Positions 42,948-50,799 of a DNA stretch of 64,000 nucleotides are shown here, in pieces (within the stretch, counting starts at the first letter, position 1; each line of letters opens with the position of its first letter). This DNA is from a bacterium (GTDB taxonomy: Bacteria > Patescibacteriota > Microgenomatia > Levybacterales > UBA12049): assembly GCA_021824155.1 (NCBI GenBank), contig JAKALN010000002.1:15775-79774 (forward strand). Direction: 5' to 3'. The notes beneath the pieces were generated by a model. That model had not been told where the DNA came from. It saw nothing but the letters and a program-made list of their open reading frames with translations, and did not search any database. A program made the translations under genes and the position numbers.

Positions 42948-44111
42948 TCAAATATTTAGAAGCCATTTGACAAAAATTACGGTTGCCCGGGAAACAGTAG
43001 CTGTGTAATTTCTTTTGGCATTATTGTCAAAACTTTTTGTAGGCAAAACCGGTTTTATAAAGTCTTGGGCAGAGGCTAAGGGATAATTGTTAATGTCCGG
43101 TTGTCCTTTTGGCTTTGGCAGCTTTTGCAGAGTAAGGTATTTTTGTGATTTATCCGAAGAACCATTAATAAACGAAAATTGCTCAAATGGCCCGGCGCCT
43201 GCGGTTAACAGAAAGGGTGTTACCGCAATAACGTCTTTATCGTTCCATATAGAGTTAAATGATTCTTTATAGTATATGGCCTGTACAGATTCGGGAATTT
43301 GGTTGTCGGTCCATCCGGTCTCTGTAATAAATACCGGGAGATTTTTATTTCCGAGATAAGAAGCAAGGTTTTCTTCATACTTAAAACTTGAAACACCCTC
43401 ATATCCGTAAGACAAAGGCGGTTGGGAAAAGCCGGGATTTGGATATGAATGGCTTGCAATCCCATCTATTTCTCCAAATATTCCGGGGACCGCAGCGTCC
43501 ATTTGTCTCATAAAAGTGTATTCATTTATCGATTGTCCGGAAACATTATCGGATGCATTATCCAATCCTGCAGAAAGAATAAAAAAATCATCACTTCTTT
43601 CTTTAAACGCATGAACTGCGTAATCTAGAATTCCGGCGTATTCAGACGCATTTGGAGCTCCTCCCCATTCATCCCCTCTGTTTGGCTCGTTATAGACGAT
43701 TACATACCTGTTTTTGGTAGGCCAGTTAAGAGAATTAAGAAAATTAGCAAAATCCAAAACGTTATAGTCGTTTGGTTTTTCCCAGGATGACTGGTTAAAA
43801 TAGTCTCCGTTTGTGGCAAGCCTGATGATCGGTATTAAATGAAATTTACGGCAGTCGTCCATAAAACTTTGCCATTTTTGAATGTTTAGATCCGTTGACT
43901 GAATGGGTATGGTGATATAGCCCCAGTCTCCGCCTGATGAGTTTACTAATTTTGCGGCGTCCTGAAGTTCGCTTGGAAACAGTATATGAATTCCGACTAT
44001 GTTATTTGGTTTCGAGCTTGGGTCATAAATAGCCTGTGCTTTAGGGGAAATTAATGAATAAGCTAAGACAGCAAAAAAAAGCATCAGGATAATCTTAATA
44101 AAGGATTTCAT
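42948..44111 (-). CDS. Secreted glycoside hydrolase, clan GH-A (GH5-like)
   Basis: It has an N-terminal signal peptide/TM 'KIILMLFFAVLAYSLISPKAQA'. 'IVYNEPN' is the NEP acid/base motif. 'FITETGW' is the nucleophile TE(T)G motif. Confidence 0.6.
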   Translation of the reverse strand: MKSFIKIILMLFFAVLAYSLISPKAQAIYDPSSKPNNIVGIHILFPSELQDAAKLVNSSGGDWGYITIPIQSTDLNIQKWQSFMDDCRKFHLIPIIRLATNGDYFNQSSWEKPNDYNVLDFANFLNSLNWPTKNRYVIVYNEPNRGDEWGGAPNASEYAGILDYAVHAFKERSDDFFILSAGLDNASDNVSGQSINEYTFMRQMDAAVPGIFGEIDGIASHSYPNPGFSQPPLSYGYEGVSSFKYEENLASYLGNKNLPVFITETGWTDNQIPESVQAIYYKESFNSIWNDKDVIAVTPFLLTAGAGPFEQFSFINGSSDKSQKYLTLQKLPKPKGQPDINNYPLASAQDFIKPVLPTKSFDNNAKRNYTATVSRATVIFVKWLLNI

Positions 44112-44149
44112 AAAGAGGACTTAATTGTACATCAACACGAAGCTGATTT

Positions 44150-44872
44150 CTACCTTACAGCAGACCTGATGTTAATGTGTTTGAGATTTACAGACCAGTC
44201 GATTCCAACTATACCCTGCCAGTCTCCGTTAATCCAGGGAAGATCAAGGAAGAGGTCTTTTGTCATTGGGTCTTTTTGTAATCCCGCAGGTAATATTTTT
44301 TCCAATAAACCGTGGTTTATGGATACGGGAGCTTTCGCGGTTTGTGCAGTTGTATCCGATGTAAAGAAAATTTCTATAGTTTTTTGTCCTGTTCTATACA
44401 TTTCTCTGGGGTTCAATTCGGAACTTCTTTTTGTTGCAGGTGTTGCACCTGTTTCTCCAGCGCTTATAAATATTACATCTCCTGAATTCCGGTTGTATTT
44501 AACTGTCATCTCATTCTTTCCTATTTTTGCGGAAATAGATAAAGAATTTTGATGCCGGTCGGTAGAAATTTCAAAAAAGTCTCCTTCGTTTTTACCTAGT
44601 AATCTGAAATGCTCAAAAGTTGAGGGAAACTTTCCATTTGAATTAAAAACGATTTCTGCTTCTAAAGCTTTGTCTGCGCTTTCCGGGGAACTGGGAATTT
44701 CTCTGTAATATTGTCTGATTGTACGGCAATTGGGGTCGGAGCTGTCCGGCTGGCGGGCTACAAACAAGCGTTCCGGGATTATTGTAAGCCGTTCTTTTGC
44801 ATTGCCAAATGGCCTTTGGCTTAACACAAATTCGGTAAATGGGTCGTGTGTGGGAAATTCCTGTTCTGCCAT
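44150..44872 (-). CDS. Hypothetical protein with atypical composition for this window
   Basis: It is a 240 aa ORF with no TM helix or signal peptide. It is richer in E, R, G, A, P and S than its K-, I- and N-rich neighbours. It has a 'LDLPWINGDWQGIVGIDWS' C-terminal motif and no recognised family. Confidence 0.4.
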   Translation of the reverse strand: MAEQEFPTHDPFTEFVLSQRPFGNAKERLTIIPERLFVARQPDSSDPNCRTIRQYYREIPSSPESADKALEAEIVFNSNGKFPSTFEHFRLLGKNEGDFFEISTDRHQNSLSISAKIGKNEMTVKYNRNSGDVIFISAGETGATPATKRSSELNPREMYRTGQKTIEIFFTSDTTAQTAKAPVSINHGLLEKILPAGLQKDPMTKDLFLDLPWINGDWQGIVGIDWSVNLKHINIRSAVR

Positions 44873-44899
44873 AAGCGGATTATAGCATGTTCTTTAAAA

Positions 44900-44925
44900 T
44901 AGCCGCAAAAAAACCCCTTGCGGGG
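44900..44925. repeat. First copy of a 26-nt perfect direct repeat: TAGCCGCAAAAAAACCCCTTGCGGGG
   Basis: It is identical to 45082..45107. It contains two mutually exclusive hairpins, CCGCAA/TTGCGG or CCCC-TTGC-GGGG. Confidence 0.85.
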
Positions 44926-45081
44926 CGGAGTCGGTATCCCCGACGAGCCCGCTTGCAAACCAAAGGTTTGACAAGGGAGGCATGAGCAGTGTCAGCAGAC
45001 ACTGTGAATACATTTTAAAAAGACCCCGCAAGCAAAGTGAATTCTGAATAATTTGATGATTGGAAGCAAATGACTGCATTT

Positions 45082-45107
45082 TAGCCGCAAAAAAACCCCT
45101 TGCGGGG
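45082..45107. repeat. Second copy of the 26-nt direct repeat, followed by TCTTTTC, which gives a terminator-like shape on the plus strand
   Basis: It is identical to 44900..44925. Its 3' part, CTTGCGGGGTCTTTT, is the perfect reverse complement of AAAAGACCCCGCAAG at 45018..45032, giving a 15-bp long-range stem. Confidence 0.85.
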
Positions 45108-45270
45108 TCTTTTCGGGGTGACATATTGCTATGTCTCCTGCCTTTTGAAACTTACGTTTCTGAGGTATGAGCATTATATGCCTCAAAGCTACCTTTGTCA
45201 ACTAGGACTTTTTGTATCAGAGAATAGCAAAATTACAATATTACATTTTACATAGTATAATTATCGTAGT

Positions 45271-47700
45271 TTGAAGAAAACTATATTCAAAAAACAAACG
45301 ATTTTATCTTTTTTACTGATTGCTGCCGGAATAGTTTCTGTATTTTGGCAATTTTTCTTGAAGGGATTGTTTCTTTTCTCCGGCAATTATTTATTGGCGT
45401 GGTTTGAACCCTATAAAACAGAAAATTTTTCCGGAAATTTTATATCTTTAGCACACAAACCGATAGCGGAAGATACTTTCAAATCAATTTACCCTTTTAA
45501 AATTTTAGCTATTGATCTTATAAAAAATTTTCGGTTACCGCTTTGGAATCCATATAACGGAAGCGGTATGCCTCTTCTTGCAGCAATTAATCCGGGATAT
45601 TTTGATCCTTTTAATATTTTGTATTTTATATTTCCAAACTATTTTGCCTGGACGTTAATAATTATATTAGAAACTATATTGATAGGAATTTTTACTCTTT
45701 TTTATGCTAGGAGCTTAGGTTTGGGCAACAGAGCATCCATTTTGACAGCGGTAGTTTTTACTTTATCGGGAGCTGTTGTAACTAGAATTATATACTCGGA
45801 ATTTGCCCTTGGGATAGCTATGTTGCCGCTATCTTTGTATTTATTGGAAAAATATCAGGAAGAATTTCAAGCGAAATATCTTTTTATCTTATCTCTTGCC
45901 GCAGGTGTTCTTCTTTTATCGACGCACTTTCAATATTCAATTTATATTTTATTTTTTGTTTGTATTTATTGGGTATTAAGAACTAAAAATAAAATGTCAG
46001 TTAAAGGTATAAAAAAAATTGTCACGCCCTTATTGTTTATCATTTTGGGTTTAGGTTTTGCGTCTGTTCAGTTAGTTCCTGCAATCGAACTTTTTAAATA
46101 TGCAAACTTAAACCCTCAGTCTTCGTCTTTTATTTTTAATACAGCACTTATTCCGTTAAAGAATGTTATAACCCTTTTAGTTCCAAATTATTATGGCAGT
46201 CCGTCTACGTATAATTATTGGGGAACAGGAGATTATATAGAAACAGCAATGTACATAGGAATCATTCCTTCATTTTTTGCTTTTTTATCTCTATTTAAAA
46301 TTAAAGAAATTAAATATGCATTTTTTATAAAGTTTTATTTTTTTATCCTGTTATTTACTTTACTAATCTGTCTTAATCTTCCCTTTGTGACCTGGCTTTA
46401 TGTTTTGAATATTCCTCTTTTGTCGGTAGGTGTTCCAACAAGAATCTTTTTTATAACAACGTTCTCCCTGGCAATGCTTTCCGGGTTTGGGTACAAATAT
46501 TGGATAGAGTTATCAAGTCCAAAAAAACACCTGCTCATACCCATTCTCATATTCAGTTTTTTTATCGGGTTAATTTTTATAATTACAGTTTTAAATTTGA
46601 ATTCAAACTGTCCTGAGCTAATGAAAAATTGTCGCGTAACTTCTATAAGAAATACGATTATAGAGTTGGTGGGGTTTGCTGCAGCGCTTTTTTTAATAAT
46701 TGTTTATTGCTTTTTAAAATTAAATAAGAAAAAAGGAGGTTATGCTGCTTCTTTTATTGTTATCTTAATAGTTTACTTGTTGGGGTTTTATAATAGCTAT
46801 AAGTTTTTGCCGTTTTCTCCTAAAGAAACATTTTTCCCAGAAAATAACGTTATTAATTCTATAAAACAGGTGGCCGGAAATACGCGCATACTTGGAATAG
46901 GTAAAGCTAATATATTGCCGGATTTTGCCACATATTTTCATTTTTATGACCCTCAATACGTAAACCCTCTTTATATAAAGCGTTACGGAGAGCTTGTTAA
47001 TTTTGCTAACACCGGGGTTTTTCCTCCGCCCTTATTAAGAAGCGACGTAGATATTAAAGCGGACGCTACTCTAAGTGCAGCTTTAGAATTTCAGCGGGAC
47101 AGGTTAATGTCCATTTTAAATATTAATTATCTTATTTATAAAAAGGATGAAATCCCTGCGGATTATAAAAATAATGCGGTTGTATGGGAAAATGATAAAT
47201 GGTATATAATTCAACGCCCGAAAAGGCTTCCGCGGGCTTATTTTGTCAATAATATAAAGGTTATAGAAAAAGATAAAAATGAACTCAAAATGCTTTTCAG
47301 CCCATCTTTTGATCCTGCTACAACCGCCGTTGTGGAACAAAATTTTTCCGGATTGGCTCAAATTAATGGAGTAGAAAATCCGGGTAAAGCTGTAATAAAA
47401 AAATACAGTGAAAACAATGTGCTAATAGAAACAAGCTCTTCGCATAATAGTTTTCTTGTATTATCAGATAATTATTATCCGGGTTGGAAAGTTTTTATAG
47501 ATAAAAAAGAGGTCTCGGTATATAGAACAAATTATACGCTGCGCGGAATTGTAGTGCCTTCCGGAAAACATCTTGTATATTTTTCATACGACCCGCTTTC
47601 TTTTAAAGTAGGCTTATTGCTTTCATTTTTGTCCGGAGCTATATTTCTAATATTAATTTTGGGGGCTATGATAAAAAACGTTTTAAGTAAAAAGAAATAA
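45271..47700 (+). CDS. Large polytopic membrane protein, YfhO/GT-C-like family
   Basis: It is 809 aa. It has about 14 N-terminal TM helices, a large extracytoplasmic C-terminal domain and a final TM helix. The start is TTG. Confidence 0.45.
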   Translation: MKKTIFKKQTILSFLLIAAGIVSVFWQFFLKGLFLFSGNYLLAWFEPYKTENFSGNFISLAHKPIAEDTFKSIYPFKILAIDLIKNFRLPLWNPYNGSGMPLLAAINPGYFDPFNILYFIFPNYFAWTLIIILETILIGIFTLFYARSLGLGNRASILTAVVFTLSGAVVTRIIYSEFALGIAMLPLSLYLLEKYQEEFQAKYLFILSLAAGVLLLSTHFQYSIYILFFVCIYWVLRTKNKMSVKGIKKIVTPLLFIILGLGFASVQLVPAIELFKYANLNPQSSSFIFNTALIPLKNVITLLVPNYYGSPSTYNYWGTGDYIETAMYIGIIPSFFAFLSLFKIKEIKYAFFIKFYFFILLFTLLICLNLPFVTWLYVLNIPLLSVGVPTRIFFITTFSLAMLSGFGYKYWIELSSPKKHLLIPILIFSFFIGLIFIITVLNLNSNCPELMKNCRVTSIRNTIIELVGFAAALFLIIVYCFLKLNKKKGGYAASFIVILIVYLLGFYNSYKFLPFSPKETFFPENNVINSIKQVAGNTRILGIGKANILPDFATYFHFYDPQYVNPLYIKRYGELVNFANTGVFPPPLLRSDVDIKADATLSAALEFQRDRLMSILNINYLIYKKDEIPADYKNNAVVWENDKWYIIQRPKRLPRAYFVNNIKVIEKDKNELKMLFSPSFDPATTAVVEQNFSGLAQINGVENPGKAVIKKYSENNVLIETSSSHNSFLVLSDNYYPGWKVFIDKKEVSVYRTNYTLRGIVVPSGKHLVYFSYDPLSFKVGLLLSFLSGAIFLILILGAMIKNVLSKKK

Positions 47701-48335
47701 TGCAAAAAATGACAGAAGATAAAGTTAGAAAAACAATCAAAGCTTATAAAAAGCTCGCAAAAACTTATGCAAAACAAAACGAAAATAGAGCGCATATATA
47801 CTCCGAGATTGTAAAATTTACAAAGCTGCTTCCTCAAAACGGAAGCTTACTCGATTTAGGCTGCGGAACTGGGTTTGACAGCAAGGATTTCCAAAAACTA
47901 AGACCGGATTTAACTATCCTTGGTATAGACATATCTAAAGAAATGCTTGAAGAATTTGAAAAAATAGCTCCCGGAATAGAACATATACGGGCAGATATGG
48001 TTACTTACATATTTCCAAAAAATGTTTTTGACGGAATTTGGATGAATGCGTCTTTTCTTCATATACCAAAAGAAAATGCGGATACGGTAATCAAAAAAGT
48101 TGTAGGCGCGCTTAAACCCCAAGGGTTACTCTATATAAGGGTAAAAGAGGGAAGTGGCGAAAAGTTTGTTCCTGCCCAAAATTACGGCCATAAAGACATA
48201 GAAAGATTTTTTTCTTTTTATACAAAAGATGAATTAGAAAACTTATTATCAAAATATCCCGTGAAAATTATTGAACTTGGAGAGGGAAAGGTAAAAACAA
48301 CAAAATGGATTTTTGTAACCGCAATTAAAAACTAA
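47700..48335 (+). CDS. Class I SAM-dependent methyltransferase
   Basis: Motif I 'LLDLGCGTGFDS' and motif II/post-I 'ILGIDISKEM' are present. The start ATG overlaps the upstream stop. Confidence 0.85.
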   Translation: MQKMTEDKVRKTIKAYKKLAKTYAKQNENRAHIYSEIVKFTKLLPQNGSLLDLGCGTGFDSKDFQKLRPDLTILGIDISKEMLEEFEKIAPGIEHIRADMVTYIFPKNVFDGIWMNASFLHIPKENADTVIKKVVGALKPQGLLYIRVKEGSGEKFVPAQNYGHKDIERFFSFYTKDELENLLSKYPVKIIELGEGKVKTTKWIFVTAIKN

Positions 48336-48356
48336 GTACCGTGTAGGGGAGTCGAA
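48335..48356. repeat. 22-nt direct duplicate of the tRNA-Glu 3' end
   Basis: AGTACCGTGTAGGGGAGTCGAA is identical to 48478..48499, which covers the T-loop through the discriminator plus 2 nt. Beyond this the sequence diverges and cannot form a T-stem, so it is not a second tRNA. Confidence 0.8.
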
Positions 48357-48436
48357 GTCACAAGTTCGCTTCGCGCCTCGCGACCCCGCCTCCTTCATTG
48401 CATTCAGTCCGGCAGGTTCGACTACTACCTGATATT

Positions 48437-48477
48437 AAAAAAACTTTCGTAAGTTTATAACTTACAAAAGTTTTCTC
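48437..48477 (-). terminator. Rho-independent terminator downstream of tRNA-Glu on the minus strand, with a weaker hairpin on the plus strand
   Basis: It is a 15-bp imperfect stem, AAACTTTCGTAAGTT/AACTTACAAAAGTTT, with a short loop. On the minus strand it is followed by a U7 tract. Confidence 0.7.
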
Positions 48478-48479
48478 AG

Positions 48480-48553
48480 TACCGTGTAGGGGAGTCGAAC
48501 CCCTGATTCTCTGGCTGAAAACCAGATGTCCTAGGCCACTAGACGAACACGGC
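48480..48553 (-). tRNA. tRNA-Glu (anticodon TTC)
   Basis: The reverse complement GCCGTGTTCGTCTAGTGGCCTAGGAC...CAGGGGTTCGACTCCCCTACACGGTA parallels canonical tRNA-Glu. The anticodon stem is TCTGG/CCAGA with loop TTTTCAG. Confidence 0.88.
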
Positions 48554-48602
48554 AGGAGTATAATTATAGCTTAAGTTCAAATTTTAGGCAATAATGCTTT
48601 AT

Positions 48603-49262
48603 TTATTTGAACCTTTTTCTAACTCCTTCGACAATGTCTCTTGCTGTTCCCTGTCCTCCGAGTCCGAAAGCAATTCCGCCTGCAATGGCTAACATTGCTA
48701 CAAGACCGGTAAACAAGATTCTGATAAGGTCTGTTGCAACTCCAAGCTGGCTCAGTACTGCAAGAATTACAAAGACATTAACGGACCATCTTGTAATTGT
48801 TGCGATTGCTCTAGACGTCTGCGGGTCGATTCCTTTCGTCGAAGCAAGAATTACATCATGTGAAAGCCTTGCAAAAACAAATCCGACCAAAGCTATTACG
48901 GCCGCAACAAAAACATTGGGAAGATACAAGAGAAATTCGTTTAGGACCGTAATTATCTGGGGAAGTCCCCAAATATCGGCAGTCGGAATTAAGAAGATTA
49001 TTATAACAAACCACCTTACTATTTCTGCAAGAAGGTTTGTCCATGTGAATTCTTCTTTTAATTCCGGAACACCGTATTTTTTAAGGAAAGACTCAACTTT
49101 CAAAGCTTTAAAAAGCCCGACAATAACCTGTTTTAATACGGTTGCGATGATTATGCCGATAAGAAGAATAATTAGTCCGGCAACGAACTTAGGAATAAAG
49201 ATAGCAATACCTAACAGGGCATTGTTAAGGGAGGTTGCTACTATTTGGCCTATATTTGGCAT
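48603..49262 (-). CDS. Small polytopic membrane protein with duplicated 'conserved TM helix' motifs (MscS-N-terminal-like)
   Basis: It is 219 aa and strongly hydrophobic. Motifs of the type 'GLIILLIGIIIATVLKQVIVGLFKAL' and 'AAVIALVGFVFARLSHDVI' recur. The overlapping plus-strand ORF 48607..49371 looks like an antisense shadow. Confidence 0.4.
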   Translation of the reverse strand: MPNIGQIVATSLNNALLGIAIFIPKFVAGLIILLIGIIIATVLKQVIVGLFKALKVESFLKKYGVPELKEEFTWTNLLAEIVRWFVIIIFLIPTADIWGLPQIITVLNEFLLYLPNVFVAAVIALVGFVFARLSHDVILASTKGIDPQTSRAIATITRWSVNVFVILAVLSQLGVATDLIRILFTGLVAMLAIAGGIAFGLGGQGTARDIVEGVRKRFK

Positions 49263-49400
49263 CAGTTATTCACCCCCTTCCTTTTTAAAGTTACCTAAGT
49301 GTATAAATTTTAGTAAAAAAAAGTCAAGTGACAGAATAGACGGGTATCTTGTAAAGCTAACTTGTGCTTGATATAATTTCAGTGTTCGTAATTTTTGCTC

Positions 49401-49472
49401 GGGCCGGTAGCTCAGCGGTAGAGCAGGAGCCTTTTAAGCTCTTGGTCGTGGGTTCGAATCCCACCCGGCTCA
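49401..49472 (+). tRNA. tRNA-Lys (anticodon TTT)
   Basis: The acceptor is GGGCCGG/CCGGCTC, the D-stem GCTC/GAGC, the anticodon stem GGAGC/GCTCT with loop CTTTTAA, and the T-arm GTGGG-TTCGAAT-CCCAC. The discriminator is A. Confidence 0.88.
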
Positions 49473-49478
49473 CTCGCG

Positions 49479-49506
49479 AAAAATCCCACCTTGAGTGGGA
49501 TTTTTT
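49479..49506 (+). terminator. Rho-independent terminator after tRNA-Lys
   Basis: It is AAAATCCCAC-CTTGA-GTGGGATTTTTT, a 6-bp GC stem extended by A/U pairs and followed by a T6 tract. Confidence 0.75.
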
Positions 49507-49543
49507 GTGAGTAAATCTTATGAGGACCGCAGGTGAGAATCTT

Positions 49544-49588
49544 GTAGCTCATCAGAGCGAAATACTTGATAAAGTACCACCCGGCTCA
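49544..49588 (+). pseudogene. tRNA-Lys-derived fragment (D-arm-like piece plus a 12-nt copy of the tRNA-Lys 3' end)
   Basis: GTAGCTCATCAGAGCG resembles the D-arm GTAGCTCAGCGGTAGAGCA of the upstream tRNA-Lys. CCACCCGGCTCA at 49577..49588 is identical to tRNA positions 49461..49472. No T-arm or 5' acceptor strand is present. Confidence 0.5.
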
Positions 49589-49661
49589 TTGAAAAATCAC
49601 CGTGGCTTTTGCTAAGACGATTTTTTTATTGAGGACCGAGTTAAATTATTTGGAGGTTAAT

Positions 49662-50750
49662 CTAGATTTTATCTTTTAACCAGGGCTTGCTTTCTTCTCT
49701 TCCGGCTTCCGAAACAAGAGCAAATTCTGCTTTTTTCTGGAAATCCTCAATACTTTGTGCTCCCGAGTATGTCATTGCGCTTCTTAAGCCACCCATTAAA
49801 TCGTTTACAACGTTTTCAACAGGACCCTTAACGGGTACTTGTATGGCAACTCCTTCTGCTGTTCTGAATTCTCCTGTTTCTACGCCATTATCCTTCATAT
49901 ACTCTGCCGAAGCCTGTCCTCTTGCTATCTTAAATCCTTTGACAACTTTACCGGGTGTTTCATCGGTTCCGGCAAATAAGGAGCCTATCATTACCATTCC
50001 GGCTCCAGCCGCAATTGCTTTTGCAAAATGTCCGGGACCTTTTATTCCTCCGTCGGCTATTACAGGTATATCTGCCGAGGTAGTTTCAAAAATAGCAGAC
50101 AATTGGGAAAAACCGGTTCCTGCAACAAGCCTTGTTATACACAATCCTCCGGGGCCTACTCCGACTCTTGCCCAGTCTATATCGTTTTTTTTATATTCTT
50201 TGGCCTGTTCATAACTTACAATATTCCCGGCAATTACATATAATCCAAGTTTTTTCTTTATTTCCCGGGCCAATTGTTTAACTTTTCCCATTCCTCCGTG
50301 TGCGACGTCAACCAGTATTATTTCGGCACCTTTTTCTTTTAAAAGAGTTGCTTCTTCCATGCCATTTTTAAGACCGACCGCGTAAACGCACGGAACTTTT
50401 TCTTGGGAAAAAATTTCGCAGAACGTCAGCCTTTCTTTTATGTCGCCTCTTGGAAGTATTCCGATTGCACCAAGCTGTGCCAACTTTCTTATCATTTTCT
50501 CGCCGGATACGGTATCCATAGGAGCGGCAATTATGGGTTTCTCGAGCATATAGGGCCCAAACTTAACAGAAGTATCAACCGATGACCTTGATACCACCGA
50601 AGAATTCTGCGGCACAAGAAGTACATCATCGTACGTTAAGGTTGTGGGATTTGCCCAACTTAAATCGGGCCAGGTTTCCTTTTTTCCTAATGCTTTATAA
50701 AATACTTTGGACATCGCCGGGGAATTTCTGCGTCCCTTGGAATAGTACAT
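49662..50750 (-). CDS. IMP dehydrogenase/GMP reductase family protein lacking the CBS subdomain
   Basis: 'LTYDDVLLVPQNSSV', the catalytic Cys loop 'GVGPGGLCITRLVAGTG' and 'GGIKGPGHFAKAIAAGA' are present. It is about 360 aa. The start is ambiguous (TTG 50756, ATG 50750 or ATG 50714). Confidence 0.8.
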   Translation of the reverse strand: MYYSKGRRNSPAMSKVFYKALGKKETWPDLSWANPTTLTYDDVLLVPQNSSVVSRSSVDTSVKFGPYMLEKPIIAAPMDTVSGEKMIRKLAQLGAIGILPRGDIKERLTFCEIFSQEKVPCVYAVGLKNGMEEATLLKEKGAEIILVDVAHGGMGKVKQLAREIKKKLGLYVIAGNIVSYEQAKEYKKNDIDWARVGVGPGGLCITRLVAGTGFSQLSAIFETTSADIPVIADGGIKGPGHFAKAIAAGAGMVMIGSLFAGTDETPGKVVKGFKIARGQASAEYMKDNGVETGEFRTAEGVAIQVPVKGPVENVVNDLMGGLRSAMTYSGAQSIEDFQKKAEFALVSEAGREESKPWLKDKI

Positions 50751-50799
50751 TAACAAAAAGAGATTGTCAATTGCATGCTGTTTTACTGCGTTTATCCGA

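Noticed and set aside
44894-45201. Two small minus-strand ORFs (76 and 69 aa) in the 44873..45270 repeat region
   Set aside because: Both translate the repeated 26-mer, which is why both contain 'PQGVFLRL'. They are GC-hairpin artefacts, not genes.
44873-45270. tmRNA, RNase P RNA, SRP RNA, group II intron domain V or a c-di-GMP-I riboswitch as the identity of the structured intergenic region
   Set aside because: There is no tRNA-like GGTTCGA T-arm and no tag-peptide reading frame for tmRNA. There is no P4 'AGGAAAGTCC' for RNase P. The SRP domain IV motif is absent. The only resemblance to GEMM is 'GCAAACC' plus a hairpin, which is too weak to call.
48357-48440. A second, intact tRNA downstream of tRNA-Glu, sharing its last 22 nt
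   Set aside because: Upstream of the shared 3' segment the sequence (GTGAC before TTCGACT) cannot pair as a T-stem, and no matching 5' acceptor strand exists. I interpreted it as a duplicated att-like fragment.
48607-49371. A 254-aa plus-strand ORF overlapping the 219-aa minus-strand membrane-protein gene
   Set aside because: The plus product is P/S/T/A-rich, the typical reverse-complement image of a hydrophobic TM protein. The minus ORF has coherent TM-helix periodicity, so I kept that one.
49401-49472. A possible ochre-suppressor (anticodon UUA) reading of this tRNA
   Set aside because: It only arises if the anticodon stem is mis-registered by one base. The 5-bp stem GGAGC/GCTCT gives loop CTTTTAA with U33 and A37 flanking UUU. 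This is a normal tRNA-Lys.
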